This document shows, in pieces, positions 61,501 through 64,000 of a stretch of 64,000 nt of DNA. This DNA is from the human T2T-CHM13v2.0 reference genome, Homo sapiens. Location: NCBI RefSeq assembly GCF_009914755.1, contig NC_060929.1. The stretch is one strand, 5' to 3'. The notes below the pieces were generated by a model. That model did not search any database. It saw nothing but the letters and a program-made list of their open reading frames with translations, and was not told the origin of the DNA. How positions within the stretch are numbered: the first letter of the stretch is position 1; the number at the start of each line of letters is the position of its first letter. The position numbers and the translations under genes are program-made.

Positions 61501-63889
61501 AAGACTCAGATGAACTATTTCAGAGCCTCAGACCAGATGTTCTCCGAGATCTTTTCCATCTCCCAACATTGCAGTCCTGTTTTTAAGTGCCACATCTTCT
61601 GTGAAGCCTTTTTAATACCCTGACTCATGCAGATTGCTTCTTTTTCTGTGCCACTTAGCGTTTGTGACTATGCACACACACTGCCCGTGTTTGTACACTG
61701 AACCACGTATGGAGATTGTCTTTCTTTGAAGCTTGTACCTCTATGCATTTCTTTTGGAAACTGACTCAAAACTGACTAGTAAGGTACAGAATGTAACTGA
61801 AAGAACTCAGGAAATGGGGAGATAAATTTTGTTCACAGTCCAGGGAAAGGTCTGCCCTCCTGGGGCAAGTCGCCTGTGCTGGCATATGGTGAGCTGCTAG
61901 CCCAAAGCAAATAAAATCTGGATAGATATGAAGCATGGGTACCAGGCACAGATGGGCGGCACAGACCTAAGGTCCCCATAATTGGTCCGTCTCCCAGATC
62001 TTTTTTTCCTGGTGCTCGTGTTGGCCAAGCTGTGGTAGTTGGAAGGCCATGGAAGATGTTTGCATAGCCTCACCTTTCAGCGTCACTGGGCCAGCCACTG
62101 CAGTAGATGGTTAGGTTACTACTAAAGACACCATCAGGGGGAAAAGCCTGGGCTTGTCTCTACTACCCCACCTGCCTTAGTTGTTTTCTTTCCACTGTGG
62201 GTCGAGTTCTGCTTTCCTGAATAGCGGGCTTTTTTACTGTCATCCTCAGTCTGGGGTTATGTGTAAACTTTAGGGAGCTTAGAAACATACCTCACACTGG
62301 ATGTGATTTTTGCAAGACCAGCCATGTTCAGTGGGACCTACCCTAGGGCAGTATGTAGTGAACAGATTCTGGAGGCTCAGGAAGAGACATTATGGCTGGA
62401 GCACCACCTAGTGGCAGTGAAGAACAGTGCATGTGATGAACCAATGATCTTCCCAGTGAAGTGTAAATGGGTAAATATTAAGTTAAATCGCTTTCAGAGA
62501 TTCCCTTTCTCCAAAAACAATCCCATTTAAAATATGCTTTAAAGCAAAAACTATACTGGACATAATTTTTAGTCTTTTACTAATTATTCCAAATATATCA
62601 GTGTCATCATAATGAAGACTTATTATAGAGTTCTCAGTGATAAGATGCTTAATATTAGCCTGTAAATGATTGCTATCATTTACAAGAGGAATTAGGAGAA
62701 AGAATGTGGCTAATTCAGTGGAAACTCACTTCTGAAAATTATTCAGTTTGCCACAGATCTTTTGGAATATTGAATCTTAGAATCTTTGTGTTGTGAAAAG
62801 TCTCAAGGATACACTAGCCCTGTGCTGAACATTTTCTTAGCCATGGAACTCTTTCTTCTAATAAAATCTTATTCTGCCACCTGTATTACCTTCAAACCCT
62901 TAGAATGGTCAACAAGGGAAGCCATGCAGTTGTCTATATGTTCGAATTTGAGGTACATATGAGGTATAGCTTATGCTGTGGTCATACTGAGCTTTTCCAC
63001 AAACCTAATAAAACATATCCAAAAAATTATCACCACTAAAGGAGTCATCTTCAGAGGCAGTACTTTTATGCCAATATAACCACCACTGATCAAGACAATT
63101 TGGGGACTTCTCTTTTAAAATTGCCTTTGTATTAGTTTATACTGGTGACATGAAAATCATATTACATTACTTTGGGTCCTACTTGTTTGGAACAAAAAAC
63201 TGCATTACACAGCACAGTCGACTTTCTTAATTATCAAATTGATCCGATATCCTCTATTTCTCAAAACTAAATCTTTCCAAAAGGTAAGAAGATGATGGTC
63301 ATGGATTTTGCAGTACATCTCTGTGCCTCTCAAACTCTGGGAGATGATTTACCCTTGAAAGAGCTCAAGGTGATGACCTTTAAATGGTTTGCAGATACAA
63401 GGAGAGAGACAGATGGGCAAAGAAGTGCAGTTCATTTTCGATTAGAAAATATTCCTCTAATTTCTAATTAGAAAAGTTTTAAAGTGATGTAGAAGGTAAG
63501 ACTAGGGTGAGTGGGGGTAATGAGAATGAGAAAGTCTTTAACAGGGGGACTGTTAAAAGACTCACTCCTTCAGGATGGCTTTGGTATAATGTGTATGATT
63601 GTAGAGACAGACTTGGTTCCTACGACAACAGATGTAAAAAAAAAAGAGGCAAATATTCCTATTTTTTTCATAAAATATCCAACATTTCACAGCAGTTTGC
63701 AAAGGTTAAAGTCGGATCTCAAGTTAAACCTGGTGTGTAGCCATAATACTAATCATACACAGTACTCTTTGTTCATTTAATTTAGTTGAAATTAAAAACA
63801 ACTTTATAAGTATAATTTTAATAATGAATTATTTTAAATAGGCAACATACATATCAACAATTGGTTTTGAATCTGTGCTTGCTGGCTGA

Positions 63890-64000
63890 GAAGAGGGGTT
63901 AAGAGTGTGAGCTCTGACTTCCCAGGATTGAATTCTAGCTTGACCTTGGGCAAATCACATAGTATTTCAGTGCCTTAGTCTCCAGCTCTGGAAAATGAGG
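63890..64000 (+). mobile_element. MIR fragment (runs off the window)
   Basis: ggttaagagtgtgagctctg...ttgaattctagc...gaccttgggcaaatcac...aaaatgagg. Confidence 0.7.

Overview
Primate, almost certainly human, genomic DNA: it is Alu/L1/LTR-rich and the spliced genes match the human proteins as I recall them. The window holds the 3' end of RHOBTB3 on + (last two coding exons and a ~3.2-kb 3'UTR). Converging on it is the complete GLRX (glutaredoxin-1) gene on - (2 coding exons, an intron inside the 3'UTR, alternative splice sites, TATA promoter). About 12 kb upstream of GLRX, on the same strand, is a processed GGCT pseudogene. The rest is mostly interspersed repeats, including a full HERV-K(HML-2) LTR5 solo LTR, other solo LTRs, a 1-kb L1PA fragment and about 25 Alus. 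The most unusual segment is 48.0-50.4 kb. There the GGCT retrocopy has lost its catalytic middle to a truncated Alu, its 5' end has kept CpG-island density, and a 160-bp, ~94% identical inverted repeat lies beside it. I see no evidence for a wholly new gene system; the candidates are regulatory or structural. Gene and repeat-family names come from recall, not from database searches.
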